DNA from: Raillietiella orientalis
Taxonomy: Eukaryota
Direction of reading: 5' to 3'
Assembly: GCA_036172245.1 (NCBI GenBank)
Contig: JAYWIR010000082.1
Span: forward strand, 248,001 to 312,000
Length of the DNA stretch: 64,000 bases
The translations under genes and the position numbers were made by a program. The first letter of the stretch is position 1; every line of letters starts with the position of its first letter. Below the pieces are notes generated by a model. It was given only the letters and a program-made list of their open reading frames with translations. It made no database searches and had not been told where the DNA came from. Below, in pieces: positions 40,266 to 53,505 of the stretch.

Positions 40266-41899
40266 GCTTGCCTTTTTTCTTTCTCTTTTTTTTTAAAAAA
40301 CAAAAACAAAAACAAAAAAAAACTGCCATCACGGTCGCTTCTGTAAATACCTTTCATCATTATGGTTTCATATTTGTTTCAAAATTCATCCGGAAATTTC
40401 CATACTGAATATCCACGCATCCACTCATTTCTCTCTCAAATTCGTTTTTGATTTCGGCAAATCCTCTCGCATGAAATCATCTTTGACCTCATCTTCACCC
40501 AAGTCCTGCTTTACATTCACACTCCTTGGATCTGTTTTTGTTCAGTACACAAACGCATTGGGATTCTCAGAAGCAAAGGCAGAAGAATGTCTTCGCTTCT
40601 GAGAAGTAAAACGCATGTTCGAATGCAAAGGTGTTTCTTTAGTGGACATCGTGTTTGACTGATTCAACACGTTCAGTCGCGTCTGTGTTTCCAGGCAAGC
40701 GTGCAAAACATATGGCGAAGTCTGTCAGCACTCTGCTGCTCATAACCAGGACTGAAACAATTCCATAGAACCGTTTAGAAACATACGACGTCATTGAAAA
40801 CGCGGACTAACCTTACAAGGATATTCCGAAAAGTTCTTCCGTCGTTTTTCGGAGCGAAGATTGCACATCTGCGAAAATATCAATGAATTGGGATGGGAAT
40901 AAGAAAAGAAGTCACTTATGTGGATTCGAGCTTTTCTTGCATGTTAGTTTTCATACAGTCAGTTCACCATGAAGCTGTGGAAGCGTAGTGCGGAAGTTCG
41001 TTTAAAGTTTGCGGGTGTTTTTGATTGGCATGATCGAATTCGTCGGAAATCACTTCTACTGCTACTTATGAATTCACACTGTCCTCTTATGGGATTACCA
41101 AACTGTAATCCTTTTTGCGAAGCTTAAGGCTAGCTTAAGGATACTGCTGTTAGCAGAATAAGACTTTGCATCTTGGCTGCAGCTACTGTGTCAGAATGTT
41201 GAAGACAGCTATCCAGCGCATCTCAGGGTCCAGTCAGGATGCTGCAAATCTCCTGATTCTTTATGTTAGCGGCCCGGAGACGAGCCCATATATTCCTCGA
41301 ATCAAAGCTGTGCTTGTATACGTAACTTACCTGCTCCCCTTTCCTTCCACTTTAGAGTGAGCAAATGAATAAAATAAAATGAATGAAATTACATCATTCA
41401 TTTGCAGCATCAAATGAATGACGCAATTGGACACGGGAACACATTGCGCTCCATTTTCGAGTCAGAAGGAATGCCTATCTAAGATCTGCAACCAAAAACT
41501 CGGAACAACAGCAAGATCACACAGCACGCGCTGAAACACTCCGCATCGTGATGGGCTCTAATGTTCTCCCACAGCATTCTGTCCCTCGGGCTCACTAGTC
41601 CGAATGGACGCTTGGGGAACAGCGTTTCTTCTGATTTCCCATCGTCGGATGGCGAACGTATCTTTGTCAACTTTGGGTTTTCGTCGATTGCCGGTTGAGT
41701 ACTTTTCAGGGAGCACTCCTTCATCGGTCGGAAAGTACATGGAAACGTACACGGCTTTTCTCCAAAGCAAGAAGAGAATAGGAACGAATAGAAAGAAGTT
41801 GCGCTAATGTTCTAATCGCTATTTTGTTTGGTGAAACCCTTGTGCATCTCATCACATCAACACATACTACCAATCGGTGTTTAGCAGTTTTCAGTTTCT

Positions 41900-44800
41900 G
41901 TTTTTTCTCAGTAAATTCCTTCCTGACTATCCCTGATCGTTTGGATTCTGGCAGAAATGATCCCGAAGTCGATTTTGCAACGAAAGAAGAGTGGACATCT
42001 AACCAGAATAATTTAAACGCCTCAGCTTGCATTAGGCATCTATCCAGTGTCCTGTGTTTGCACGATAGAAATTTATTCCGAGCCTGAAATGTGTTGCATT
42101 TCGTTCCATTGACTACGGACGAAGAGTTGTGATCCTCGACACAGCATTCTTGGTTCCGATGAGAGATTCAGTGTTTCCTCCAGACATCGCCCGTTTTAGC
42201 CGAGTGGATGGAATGAATGGAATCTAGGGACGTATGCGTATTTGAGCGTTGAGAAGGTCCTAGTCCACGAGCTCCTGGTATGTACAAGACTGCAGCGTGC
42301 ATGGGAACGCGTCGACAAGGCAATGACCCAGTTATACTTCTCGAAGTTTCTTGCATGCATGCCAGTCGGCTTCTCATCGGCAGTTTTCTTTCAATCTGTG
42401 AGTACAGTGGTGGAAAAGATGGAAGAGGTGCAACGGCTCTTCTCGGAGTATCCTTTCTCAATCGCAGTCTCTCTCACGCGAACCGCGCTGAAGTATCCTT
42501 TGTTTTGCCGCCGCAAAGAGCCGAATTGAAGGGTCGTCTCGTAGCAGGCTTGACTTCTGCGGCCAACAGTTGCGGACAAGTTCGGTTACCTTAGTTAATT
42601 GGCACCTAGAAAAGCACTTTTCCTTCCCAATGCAGACCATGGGGTTTCCTTGCCATCACTCCCCTTTTCCTGGTGCACTGTGGGTGAACAATGGATAAAT
42701 AAAAAATAACCAATGAAATTATGAATAAATGAAATAAAAATTCTTGATGGAAGGAGGGGTTCGAGGTTACTGAGATCCAGCCTGAACCCAGCGTAAATTT
42801 TCAGCCGACAATGTTCCTCTTTTCTGTGTCGGTGCCAGCTGAGACCATTTTGCGACTTTCATTACCATGGCTCCTGTCGGAAAAGTAGCTTCTTTACGAA
42901 GCCGTCACAAATGTTTTCAGTGCCGCGGGCGTACAGCGACTGTGCTCGAGCCTGGAGAATCGTCCACGCAGCCTCTCAGGAATATAATGCGGCGTGACAG
43001 GCTCTAATTAGATGCCCTCATCCAGCATGAAGGTCATCGCATTTCAGGAGCTGGTGACGAATAGGTACCTCCATCTCACATTATATGCAACTCTGAGGTA
43101 CCCTCCCCGACTAGTCGTATTGGTTCAGCTATCAGAGTTTGTTACAGGGAAACCTCCAGTTCAGAAAGAGCACTGCCGTGCGCTGCATATCCAAAAGAAT
43201 CTCTGGAATGTGTGTACAGCAGGGATGACTGGATGGACGGTGACACGAATGCTCCCCAGCCCTCATCCGTCGGTCGTGCACTCAGTCTCTTTGCCATACC
43301 ATACTCGGGGAGAACTCGCGGGCAAGAAATCTTGAGATCACTCAGGAAATGGTAATCCTACAGATTCAGCGGGTTGAGGCATCTTTTCCGGTTTCTGAAA
43401 TGAATCTCATCCTTGCAAGAAAGATAAGCAGGTAGCTACGGTAGAAGTTATGTTTTCCAGGAACGCTCAGTCTGCTTTCCTGAGTATTCCTAACGGTCGA
43501 TAGTGTGCTACGTTGAGAAAGAAGAAGGTTCCTATGGAATTCGTTTTTTGCTATGGCAGTGTACTATGTGCGATGGTCAGCAGCTCTGCCCATCATACTG
43601 CCCGAAAATTTGTTCTCTAGTGGACTCTGATGGGAATTGGACTAGGCCATATGGTCTTTATAGACATTAATATGCATCACTGTACTCAAGGGTGGGGATG
43701 TCTTTGAGACAGCTGGTCGTCTATTGATTACAAACTCGGACAATAAGCATACAAAACATGAAGCAATTTACGGCAGGGCAGTGATTTCGTTCGTGGTGCG
43801 AATAGTTCTGGGTGTGCTGAATCGTCATTGAGGATCTTGAAGAAAGAGGGGGAGGGATACCAAAATAAGGAAATAAGAAAATGAGCCATCTATTTTATGT
43901 GGCTCCAAAAATCAGAAGAGAGGGAGGGTAATTCTCTGAGCTGCATTCTTTACAAGATGCTGATAACTTCTAGCTTGAAGCCCATAGGTAGGGACATCTT
44001 GTCGTCCTTAAGAAAGAGTTTCTGTTTTCGTGAACATGGCGTCCCCTACGCCTGACCGTGTTGACCATTTCTGATGACCGCGTTGCAAATATGCCATTGA
44101 GGCAGCATAGAGTTGCTACTGCTCCGGCCATCGGCACTGCGTTGCCCAGGAAGGTGCACTTTAGCACACTCCTGGGACGAGGTAAGACAGCCAGCTGCAA
44201 GGCATTTCCACATGCTCCGACGGTCACCGTAGTCGAAAAGCCGGTGCACGAACAGTTCTCATTTCCTCATAGTTAGCGCAGTTTGGCGAGACGCTCTCCC
44301 TCGCGGAAAGCTCCAGTGCACGAAGAGCAAAACCGCATGCTGCCACCTGAGAGGAAACACGGAGGTGTCCATCAGTGGGGGAGGATGGGGAACTCCGGGG
44401 GAGGAATGTTCAAAAATTCCTTTCGGTGTAGTAGCAGTTTTGCGCCTGCACTGGATGTCGGCTACCCGGACTCCACTCGCTTCGGGGTTTCCTCTTGGTT
44501 GTTAAGGAGCTCTACTACATCACATGCATTGCCGGCTGGCAACCGCGAGTTCTCTCCCGTAGGGCGGACAACGCTGTGGCGGAGAATGTAGCGGTGGCTC
44601 GGGCCCACATCTGGTTCCGTTTCGCTTCCTCTAAGGAGACTGTTCCCACTGTGGATATGACGAATTGAATCGTGGAGATGTCGTTGCTCATGATGAGGAT
44701 CCAGGTAACCACTGCCTCTTGCTGTCAAGCAGTGAAGTCTGCGGGACGGCAGGTGATCCATTGGTGTTCTTCACCACAGGCCAGCGATCTAGCTCAGTGG

Positions 44801-46250
44801 GGATCCAGATGACTAAAAATGACTTAAGAGGTGGGAAGTGAGAGGTGAACCGTCCCTTCGTGCTTTGGTTGGAGTCCCCTGCTGTTTGCAAATGCCCAAG
44901 GAATAAAAAACTGATTTGGAGGCGATTGCTTCACAAGACGAGTTGATGGCACGGATGTCAGCTATGCAAATATACAAATGGTGCTGAATCAGGAGGCATG
45001 GTCACTCCAGTGCCCAAGAAACGAAATTTGCGATCCTCAGAATCTGTGCTTGGAGATTCGTATCCTCTCAGATTAAGCAGCCACCCTTTGAATTTGCACA
45101 GGAATGCTACATGCAGTCGCGAAGAAGGAACTCTTCTTGAAGGACTTGCTTCTAGACCTTTTGGTTAAGATCAAAGTCAAGGACACTCCAGTGGGACCCG
45201 CAGAAAAAGGAAACACCTGATGGAATTCACTGTCCACGCTCTCCTAATCATCATTTTGAACGTAATTTGCAAGCAACTTAGCATCATTGAGGATGAAATT
45301 ACAGATCTGATTGCATCCAGACTGAGAAATTTGATATCGAATTTCGTTCGGGTCACCTAAACGATTTCCCAAGATATAAAAGGGGAACAACAACTAGTGG
45401 TGGTCAGTTTGTATCGAGTGGTTTGGGTAAGTATACGTTTAGCTTTTCCCTTTACTAAAGATGGTACACTTCTCAGTAGCTTCTGTTCCTGTGCAGAACT
45501 CTGTAAGAAACTACCCCTCCTCTTTCTATGAATGAGCCGAATAGAGAAATATCCTATTCACGTGTACTCCCTCTCGAAAATCTCACAAACCTGGAATGCC
45601 TTCCTCTGTGAGTTGTCACTTCCTGTTTCAAGAGTTTCTCGTGGGTGTCTCATGCCCTCGGGAAAGTTCCAATTCGCCTTGTAGTTTTCCCTGACCATTT
45701 TCAACAAACAGACGAATCTGTCTCTCGACCTCGTTTCACGGTCACCGTTCTCCCGTATCCCCCTGTATATAAATGCACATCTTTTCTCCCTTAGTTTTCT
45801 TCTGTGTGTTAAGTCGATGCAGCTTTTGGAGATGGGGGTCTGTGGTTTGAAACGCTTGTATGCGCAGGATCACCTTAAGAACCCTCTGAATTCAGAAAAG
45901 CTTCAAAAACTTCAAGAACGAGTTTGAGTACTTGGCATTTGTTTCGTTTCAGGACTGCCAAATACAAGTGTCGAAATGGCCACCTCGAAATTTCTGTACT
46001 TCATCTTAACTTTGATAGTGGCTCACCTTGCTTCTGGTAGGCATCAAGCTCCAAGGCAAGTTGTGTTACTTTTCTATGCAGCGAATCACTCTTTAAGGCA
46101 ATTTGAAAATATTCACGCTCAACCGCGAAGCTCGTATTGATAATTAGCCACAGGATGAACTGGCGGCCGCAACCACCGTGACCACTAGTGCATGCCATTT
46201 TTCCCGTGACCAGTAAAGCAAGATGCAGCCAGGGAAACAGCAGCATGCTT
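41900..46250. mobile_element. Cluster of decayed CR1/L2-like RT fragments (mostly +, one -)
   Basis: Plus strand: 'VDK...LYFSKF..MP' (~D.IY.DFSKAFD.VP, ~42310-42365) with an AATAAA/TGAA tail at ~42695-42742; 'LEITQEMV' (~43333); 'VTPVPKK' (~45000); 'TVHALL' (~45230). Minus strand: 'LIINTSF...PLSKL' (46010-46150). Confidence 0.45.
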
Positions 46251-48779
46251 GAAAGTCACGTTCAGCCGCGCGCTGTTGGTTTCCGGGACCGATGCTGCTT
46301 CTCATTCGACTTTTGTTTTCCAGCATTGTCACGCAGAGAGATGTTGGGAGACTTCTGGACAGAATCGTCCGTTCGTACAAGGAATACACGGAAGATGACA
46401 TGTGCTATCAGATAGAGGGGTAAGCGTGATCGGCTTTTTTTTCCTTCTTGTGAAGAAGAAGGAAAGCAAAAATTTTTGGGAGTTTGCTCCTTCCTCGACG
46501 GGAAGTTTTGCAACTTGTACACTTGACGTGGTGGGTTTGACAAGCGGCACCTTTTTACGATACAGACACGCTGTATTGACTACTACGCATTACGGAAGTG
46601 AATGTTCAGGCACTGTGAATGAGTAATGTATCGCTATGAAAAATCTGTTTCAGCCAATTTTTTTCCTACAGCTCACTTACACAAAAAATGGCGGACGTAT
46701 CCATAGTTTTGTACCTTAAAACAAAACCCTTTAGAGTGGCGGTTCACAGCTGCAAAGTCACATATTCGCACCACTGTGCCGTAATGATAACAGCCAACAG
46801 CAAATGTGCTCATGTGGTTGATGACGGAAAATCATCAAACGTATTTAATGCTTTGACTGTTACGAATGTTATGTTATGAGTGGTTCAGTAACTGCTGGCT
46901 AAATGACTGGCTAAGAAGAATTGACATTTGTTTTAGAGGTCATGGAATTAATGTTTCCACCATCGACAATAAATGAAAAAGCAATAGCGATTGATGAAAG
47001 TCGGTCTTCCTTTCACCCTAGAAGGGTAAGGTGACGATTTTGTGCATAAATGGTTGTGTGGTGTCATATGGAACACCAATTAAAATGATAAAAATTGAAT
47101 CATTTTTCACGAACACTTTATTTTGCTAATGAAGTGCAATCCTGTTTCCAAATTATATTACCTTGACCACATAAAGGCGCTGGGCAGACGTGACTTTTCT
47201 GCAACGGTCACATACGCTTTTCCCTTCCTTCCCGGCTGGCGGCACGTGGAGGAACCTTTTCGCGGCGCTTACGGGCTTTCGGAACACCTTGGAACATCTT
47301 TATTTCGTGCAGATAAGGTCAAATTTCGCAACGGACGAGGCAAACTTGTGCGTTGCAGCCGGCTTTCCCTACGAGGTGCTACAAGTTGGTCCCCTCAATT
47401 TCGAAGGAACATTTTCCCGGAAATAGCTTTATACTTTGGATTTCCGGGGTTGTTGGCAATGAACACCACATACGAATTGATCCCGGCCCCGTCTAACATT
47501 CCATGAAAAAACTCTCAAAGGCCATCCGCATCACTGTCATCAGCTGCAAATTCGTCGTCTTGTACGCCCTCTGCTTCCGACTTTCCGTCATCCACGTCTT
47601 GGTCTTCCGTTTCTCCTCTTTCATAGCGTCCAATCAACCCTTCCCGTTCATTTCGTGTGAAAATTCCAGTAGGAGAGGCCACGGGTGCAAATTTTTCCGT
47701 GTCACGCAAGAGGTGACGGACGTGGTGTCGTACACCACACAACGGGCACGAAATGAAACGGAAGCAGCCGACGTGCACGCAGTTGCGGCTGCATGCATAA
47801 TGGAGGCTTCGTAAGAGGAAGCTGCAACGGCATGCTCGCAACACTCACCATGGCAGAGAGTCTGCACACTTTCGTTCCTGTGTGCCGTATGTGACGCCAC
47901 GTTATCCTTCTAGGGTTAAGATCGAAGGAGGAAAACTAAAACGAAAAGATGACGAAAATGTAAAATTGAAATTTTCGATATTACATTCTAGGGGTTCCAG
48001 TCCAAGTTTCCTTCTCCGGAGATGTTTGCCAAAGCTCTGATTTCGATTTCGTCTCGGGAATCGTAGACGTAAAAGTAAGGGTGGTTCCCCACTGGGTACC
48101 AAAAATGATTCCAGTTGGAAAAAAAAGGGGCGTTTTTAGAACGAAAACTTAATCTCGGTTGCCAAGAAACGGCAACGGCGCGACCGGACCAATACGTTCG
48201 AATTTCTCGGGAAGGGCTACTCGTTCACAATTTTGAAAGTGATTTGATAGTTCTTTTGGGGGAGACAACTCCGATTATACGTATGATTTCTTCTTTTTCT
48301 TTTGTCATTAGGGGAACCTTGAAACAGGGGGAACTGAAGGAGCAGGAGATTCAAGAGAGCACACGGAGATCTCTCGATGAAATCAGAAAGTGGATAGAAA
48401 TCATCAAAGTTTCCTTACAAGAAAAGTGGAACCTCATCCTTGAGATCCTCAAGCGAACCACTTTGTCCCCACTCGAGAACAGCACAGACGCTGCCCGAAC
48501 CCTTTTGCCACCTTTTTAATTAGGCGCTATAAGTCCATGGCAAAAATACAGAGATTCTTGGAATTAGGGTGCAATTTTTGTTCAAAAAAAAAACATGACG
48601 GCTTGAAGATGCAACGCTGTATTCTGAAGACGCCGTCCAGCGGGTGCCATTCCGAAAACCACGCTTCCGGTTTTTGGACTATTGTGCAAGCAACTTCTAG
48701 TTTCTGCATGGCCTGTAACGCCAGTAATTCCTTTTTTTCTTTCGTATGTCTTTGGGAAGGCCATGCTCTGTCTAGGTCG

Positions 48780-49815
48780 TACTGAAGAGAAGTGCCTCCG
48801 TGGAATTTTGGAGGTGAGCCGTCTTGGGAACTGATGGCATTGCTTTTCAGGCTTGTCTCTCGCCATCTCTAGGAGAGCAGACAGGTTTTCAGAAGCCATG
48901 AGAGTGTGCAGGCATGGCGGGATCCACGACAGAGATGGAACGGGGTCCAAAGCGTTGGGCTGACGACGACTCCTCAGACATTCAATTTGGAGCTTTTATT
49001 GAGGTGGCTATTCAAATGCATCCAGATGTTACACTCTTATTTATCCACCTGCTTACTTAGCTATCCATTCATCCACATTCTCAAGTACATAGGCATACGT
49101 ACGCTTGTTCAACTTGCTTCCTCATTCGATTTTCCAGATCATGACTTCTGGGAGCTGCATGACCTCAAATCAGTCCCTTCTCCCGTCTCTTGTCTTCGTC
49201 TCCTACCGCGTCGTCCCCAGCCTTTCTTAGATTTCTTTGGTAGCCGACAACCTCAAGGGAAGGACGAGCACGGCGTCACATCGCGTGAACTTCCGGAAGG
49301 CACAGTCCTCTCCTCCCTTTTACCCCCATCTTCCAAAGGAGGAAGGTTCCCTTGTCAGCGGCGACCTTCTACCTTCAAGAAGCGGTGGTCTTCTTGATTG
49401 CGTACTACTACGCCATCACAGCCATCGTCCGAAGGACGAAGGGGGGACTGCCGTTCGCGTCCATGAAGAGAAGACCGCAATCCTGGGGGTAGCAGGAAGA
49501 TTCTCACCCCCCCCCCCCCCCCATTCGACAGCCGTGGATCCCGAACGAGAATGTTCTCGAGGGTCATGCACGCTCCGATTATTTCAGTTCGTCCGTCGTG
49601 CGTGGACGCGTGCGAGGGTTGGGAAAAGGAGCCTCGCAGTTCGTGAGAGCAGAAAGAAACTGGAGAAAACCATGCTGCAGTTTTGGAAGACCTAAGCTGC
49701 TTCCGTCGCTTCGCAATCGAAAGGAGGGTTTCAGCTGACCAACAGAACTGAAGAAATGGGGCAGTTTTGAAATAGCGTTTCATAAGGCAATAAATGATTG
49801 AATGAATGAATAAAT
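48780..49815 (+). mobile_element. 3' part of a decayed CR1/L2-like LINE
   Basis: 'AVLG/ALLF', 'WADD' (~48957), 'WLFKC', 'KYIGI', 'RG', 'FVRAERNW' (~F..R...WN.LP), ending in AATAAATGATTGAATGAATGAATAAAT (49789-49815), an L2-type tail. Confidence 0.6.
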
Positions 49816-52217
49816 CTGATTTGTCTCTCCCTTGGTGCCCAGCATCGGTCGAGGCTTAAGGTGATGATAAAGAGGTCAGCGTGTAATCTGGCCGGGAGAG
49901 AAATCACCGGAGCTCACAAAATTTTTTTCAACAGGAAGGCAAAAAACCCAACCAAGGCACATCCACAAAATGAATAATTTGGAAGTGAACAAAATGCCAA
50001 GCTGCACGTGTATTTGCATGAACACTTGAAATGGTCTCCCTACACAGGACTCCAATCACTGTGTCCAGCAGCACCAATTCCATTCCCCGCAGACTGAAAA
50101 GCACGAAGATTCTCTCGGACTAGCAAGAGAAGGCAAAAAAAGTAGCCAAAGGGTTGCATCCTACCTTACAAAATGGAATGTTGAAAAAAGGACATTATTA
50201 TAATGCATAAATATTTCTATATGGATTACTGACCCTAATGCAAACTTGTATTTCTAACACTAACTATGGAGGTGAATATATATTAGTATTTTTGTCTATT
50301 AATTTATGTTCAAAGCTAATAGTAGAAAACAGCTGATTCTGCTTGCCGCTCTAGGTTTCGATTTCGAGATGAATCTGCAAATTTCGTTCCACATACACAT
50401 TTCGACATTCAACGGCCATTTTCAATTTGAAATGTCCTTTCCACATGCATGTGTCCTGGCACTGATGGGCGCCGGCGCAATTAATACAATTACCGATGAG
50501 CCTATTCCATAGATGGGTGCTCAGTTTGTCTCGAGGAGTAAGAGAGTGGCGACTGGGTGTGGCTCCGTAGATGAAGAATCGATACACCATGCTCCTGATG
50601 TGTCCGTAATTATCGTTCGATGCACACTTTCATTTTTCCCTGCATATTTTCTTTCTTTGCGAAAATACGTATCATCAATTTGAGTATGAAATTCTCAGTA
50701 AAAATCATTATAGCGACAGTGAAAAGTACTGAAAAGGATTTAAGTAAATAACAATAAAGTATTAAAATCAATTATCCTTTGTATCAGAGTAAAATTAATT
50801 AAAAAATTATATTTAATGTTCGAATGTTAATGAGTTAAATGTGTGATAAAATATGGTTGAATTTTATTTGGAGGTGATATGCTGACAAATTAACATTTCT
50901 AATTATTAATGAGTAATAGATCAGGGATAAGCTTGTTCTTTTTGTAAATGTAGATGATAATGATAGATTATGGGCTTAGAGGTAGCTATTATAGGGTTTT
51001 AACACTAAACTAATTTGATTTTCAAGATATTATGTAAATGGAATGTAACTAATGATGATTTATGTGAAATAATGTTTTATCAGTAACATTCGTGTACGGT
51101 GGACTTGGATCGATGATGACAAAGGGTACATATGTTTGTGCACGGGAAAGTACATCTACCATCATATTTGTGCGCACGACGTGTACATGTATACATATAC
51201 GTTACGTAGACAACATCGAATCACCATCAAAACTAATGGATGCGTGTAGGTCAATAAGAAATAGGGGACAGAAGTGAAATACCCAACAAATGAAAATATG
51301 GTAGGCGTACTTTTCTATTTCCCTTTCCTGTCTTCTCCAGCACTCCGCACTTGGAACCGCCTCAGGCGCTGAGAAGCTGCACTTTCTTGTAATGGATGAC
51401 TCCTTGAATACGCCGATGATTCGTGATTTCGATATTTATTTCCTCTGAATCCACTGTATTGTATCGTCGAATACAATCGGGCCCTCGTACAGCCAGAACC
51501 GTGCGCTGACTTGAGAATGTATCTGCCCATATAATGAATTGGTTGAAATTCATTCATAAGTGAGGCGTATAGGAAGCATGCCACTACACGGGTCTGTCTT
51601 TTAATCTCTTGCATGTGCGGTTTCTAATAAACCTGAATGCATTTTCTCAATTCTAATGGTGGCAATGCATGGCAAAACATTTGCGTGTATTAATCCATGT
51701 TCAAAGCCAAGATGAACACAAATAAAGAGATGGATTAACGTCCACGTTGCGAATACAATTACGAGTGTACCTGTCCCATGTGCATTTCCCAACACATGTG
51801 CATAAGTCAGGTCATTTCGAGCAATCGATTCACGTAGATACGGTTGCAAGGTGAGACAGAATCCGTCCACACGTTTCTCACGTGTTCCGATGCATCCTTG
51901 GATGCGTAGGTTGACACACAAATTCCGTTGAACCTGCATCTCTTACTTCTTCCTCGACACGCAGATCATCAATATTATCAATGACATGCTTTGGTGCTTC
52001 AGGCACGTACGTCGGAGACGACTTAGAGGCTGAATATGCTTGCGCATGGAGTACGGGTATGTACCACCGCAACTCTTGTTCTATGTACAATGTATGCTTA
52101 TGTTACTCGAGTATACGAACATAGCATGAGAGAATAAAAAACTTACTGACGGTGTTAAATTCAGTGACTTATTTCAGTTTGAACGACGAGAATTTTTCGC
52201 AGTGGGGGATATTTGTT

Positions 52218-53200
52218 TTAATCAAAAAAATCAGTCAGTGTTGTCTTTTGTTTTTTTTTTTCTTTTTTCTTCACATATTTCGTGATGCTTTTCGCAATTG
52301 CTTCCCGAATTTGCTTTTCGACTTTGGCGAAGCGATCCGCGTCTGGATACATATTTTCGAGTAGCCGAAATCCTTGATTCCGTTTGGGAAAGCCTTCAGC
52401 TAATCCTTTTACATTGAATTTTCTTTCCTACGATTTCTCTTTTTCATCTGCCTCATTCTTTCTTTCTTCCTTCTTCTTCTTCAACTCTTTCACCTTCATC
52501 TTTTATCACCTCCTTCAGATTTTTCTTGGAACTGTCTTCAAAATCAGACCTGGCAGCTTCTCACATTATTCGTACGTTAGGGAGAGTTCAATCGGCTCCT
52601 GAAGCGATAAAACCAACCTTTACTTGCATATCTTCTCGTTTCTTTGAATCGCCAAATGAGTTGCGTGCTTTTGCTTGAGTCGTAAACCAACTCAGAGGAA
52701 TGTTCCTTTTGACTCGATCATCTCTCCATAGATGTTTCTAGTAGATGTTTCCAGCGTATTCGCCATCGATTCAAATTGAGCCGCGAAGAGAAGAGGCCAA
52801 AACAGCAGGGATGCCACCCGCTGGAAGGAAGTCTTGAAGAACGGCGTCCGATGGCCACGACTCCGGAAAACCCATCCTGCACTTGCGAGCATCCGAAACA
52901 GGATAAAGAGATGCACTTCGAGAGACCGCTGATCCCTGCCCTGCCCTCCTCCACGCGAACAACTCTTTTCTCCCTTCTTGCTCACTTTTGTTTCTTTTTC
53001 GTTTTGGGTGTATTCGTCAACGGAGAACATCCCCGGTTCTGCGTACCGGCTGAGGGCAAGTCGTCCTCGCGTGGCAGCACCAAATGCTCCACCACGAAGA
53101 AACTTTACCATCAAACTTCTGTTCACCAAAATTTTCATAATGACTGCCACGGCTAATGCGGATGACAAACGTGGGACCGACGAACGTTTCGCCCTGGGCA
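52218..53200 (-). mobile_element. Tigger/pogo (CENP-B-type DDE) transposase remnant
   Basis: The C-terminus 'EEEE...RKFNVKGLAEGF...LLENMYPDADRFAKVEKQIREAI...QKTTLTDFFD*' closely matches the Tigger/TIGD1-type C-terminus (FT.KGLAE.F...E..DP..ERF.KV...I..AI...Q..L..FF). The upstream DDE region is badly decayed and its 5' boundary is uncertain. Confidence 0.75.
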
Positions 53201-53505
53201 CGAGAAAGCGTCAGTTTTTCGCTGATCCGCACCCGCGGTTGGCGCTTCGATACTGGAGACCGCGTCACAGCGCCATTCCGCTGTTCCCTCAGTTCACCGA
53301 TTCGCGGTCGAATAGAGCGCCATGGGCTCCCGCCGAGCGGCGGAAAATGACGGCGCTCGGCAGTTAGCAGGTTGACGGTCGTAGGAAGTCGCGGACGGGC
53401 GATCGTCTGCGGGCCAATGGCCGATTGCGCACCTTGCGAGGAGAGGAAAAGCATTACCTCTCCCATGCCGCCCCCGCCTACTCTGATCCAAGAAGAAGGA
53501 AAACC

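Noticed and set aside
51440..51495. Possible Tigger/Tc1 TIRs (TACAATCGGGCCCTCG on +; TACAGTGGATTC on -)
   Set aside because: No matching partner TIR found by eye.
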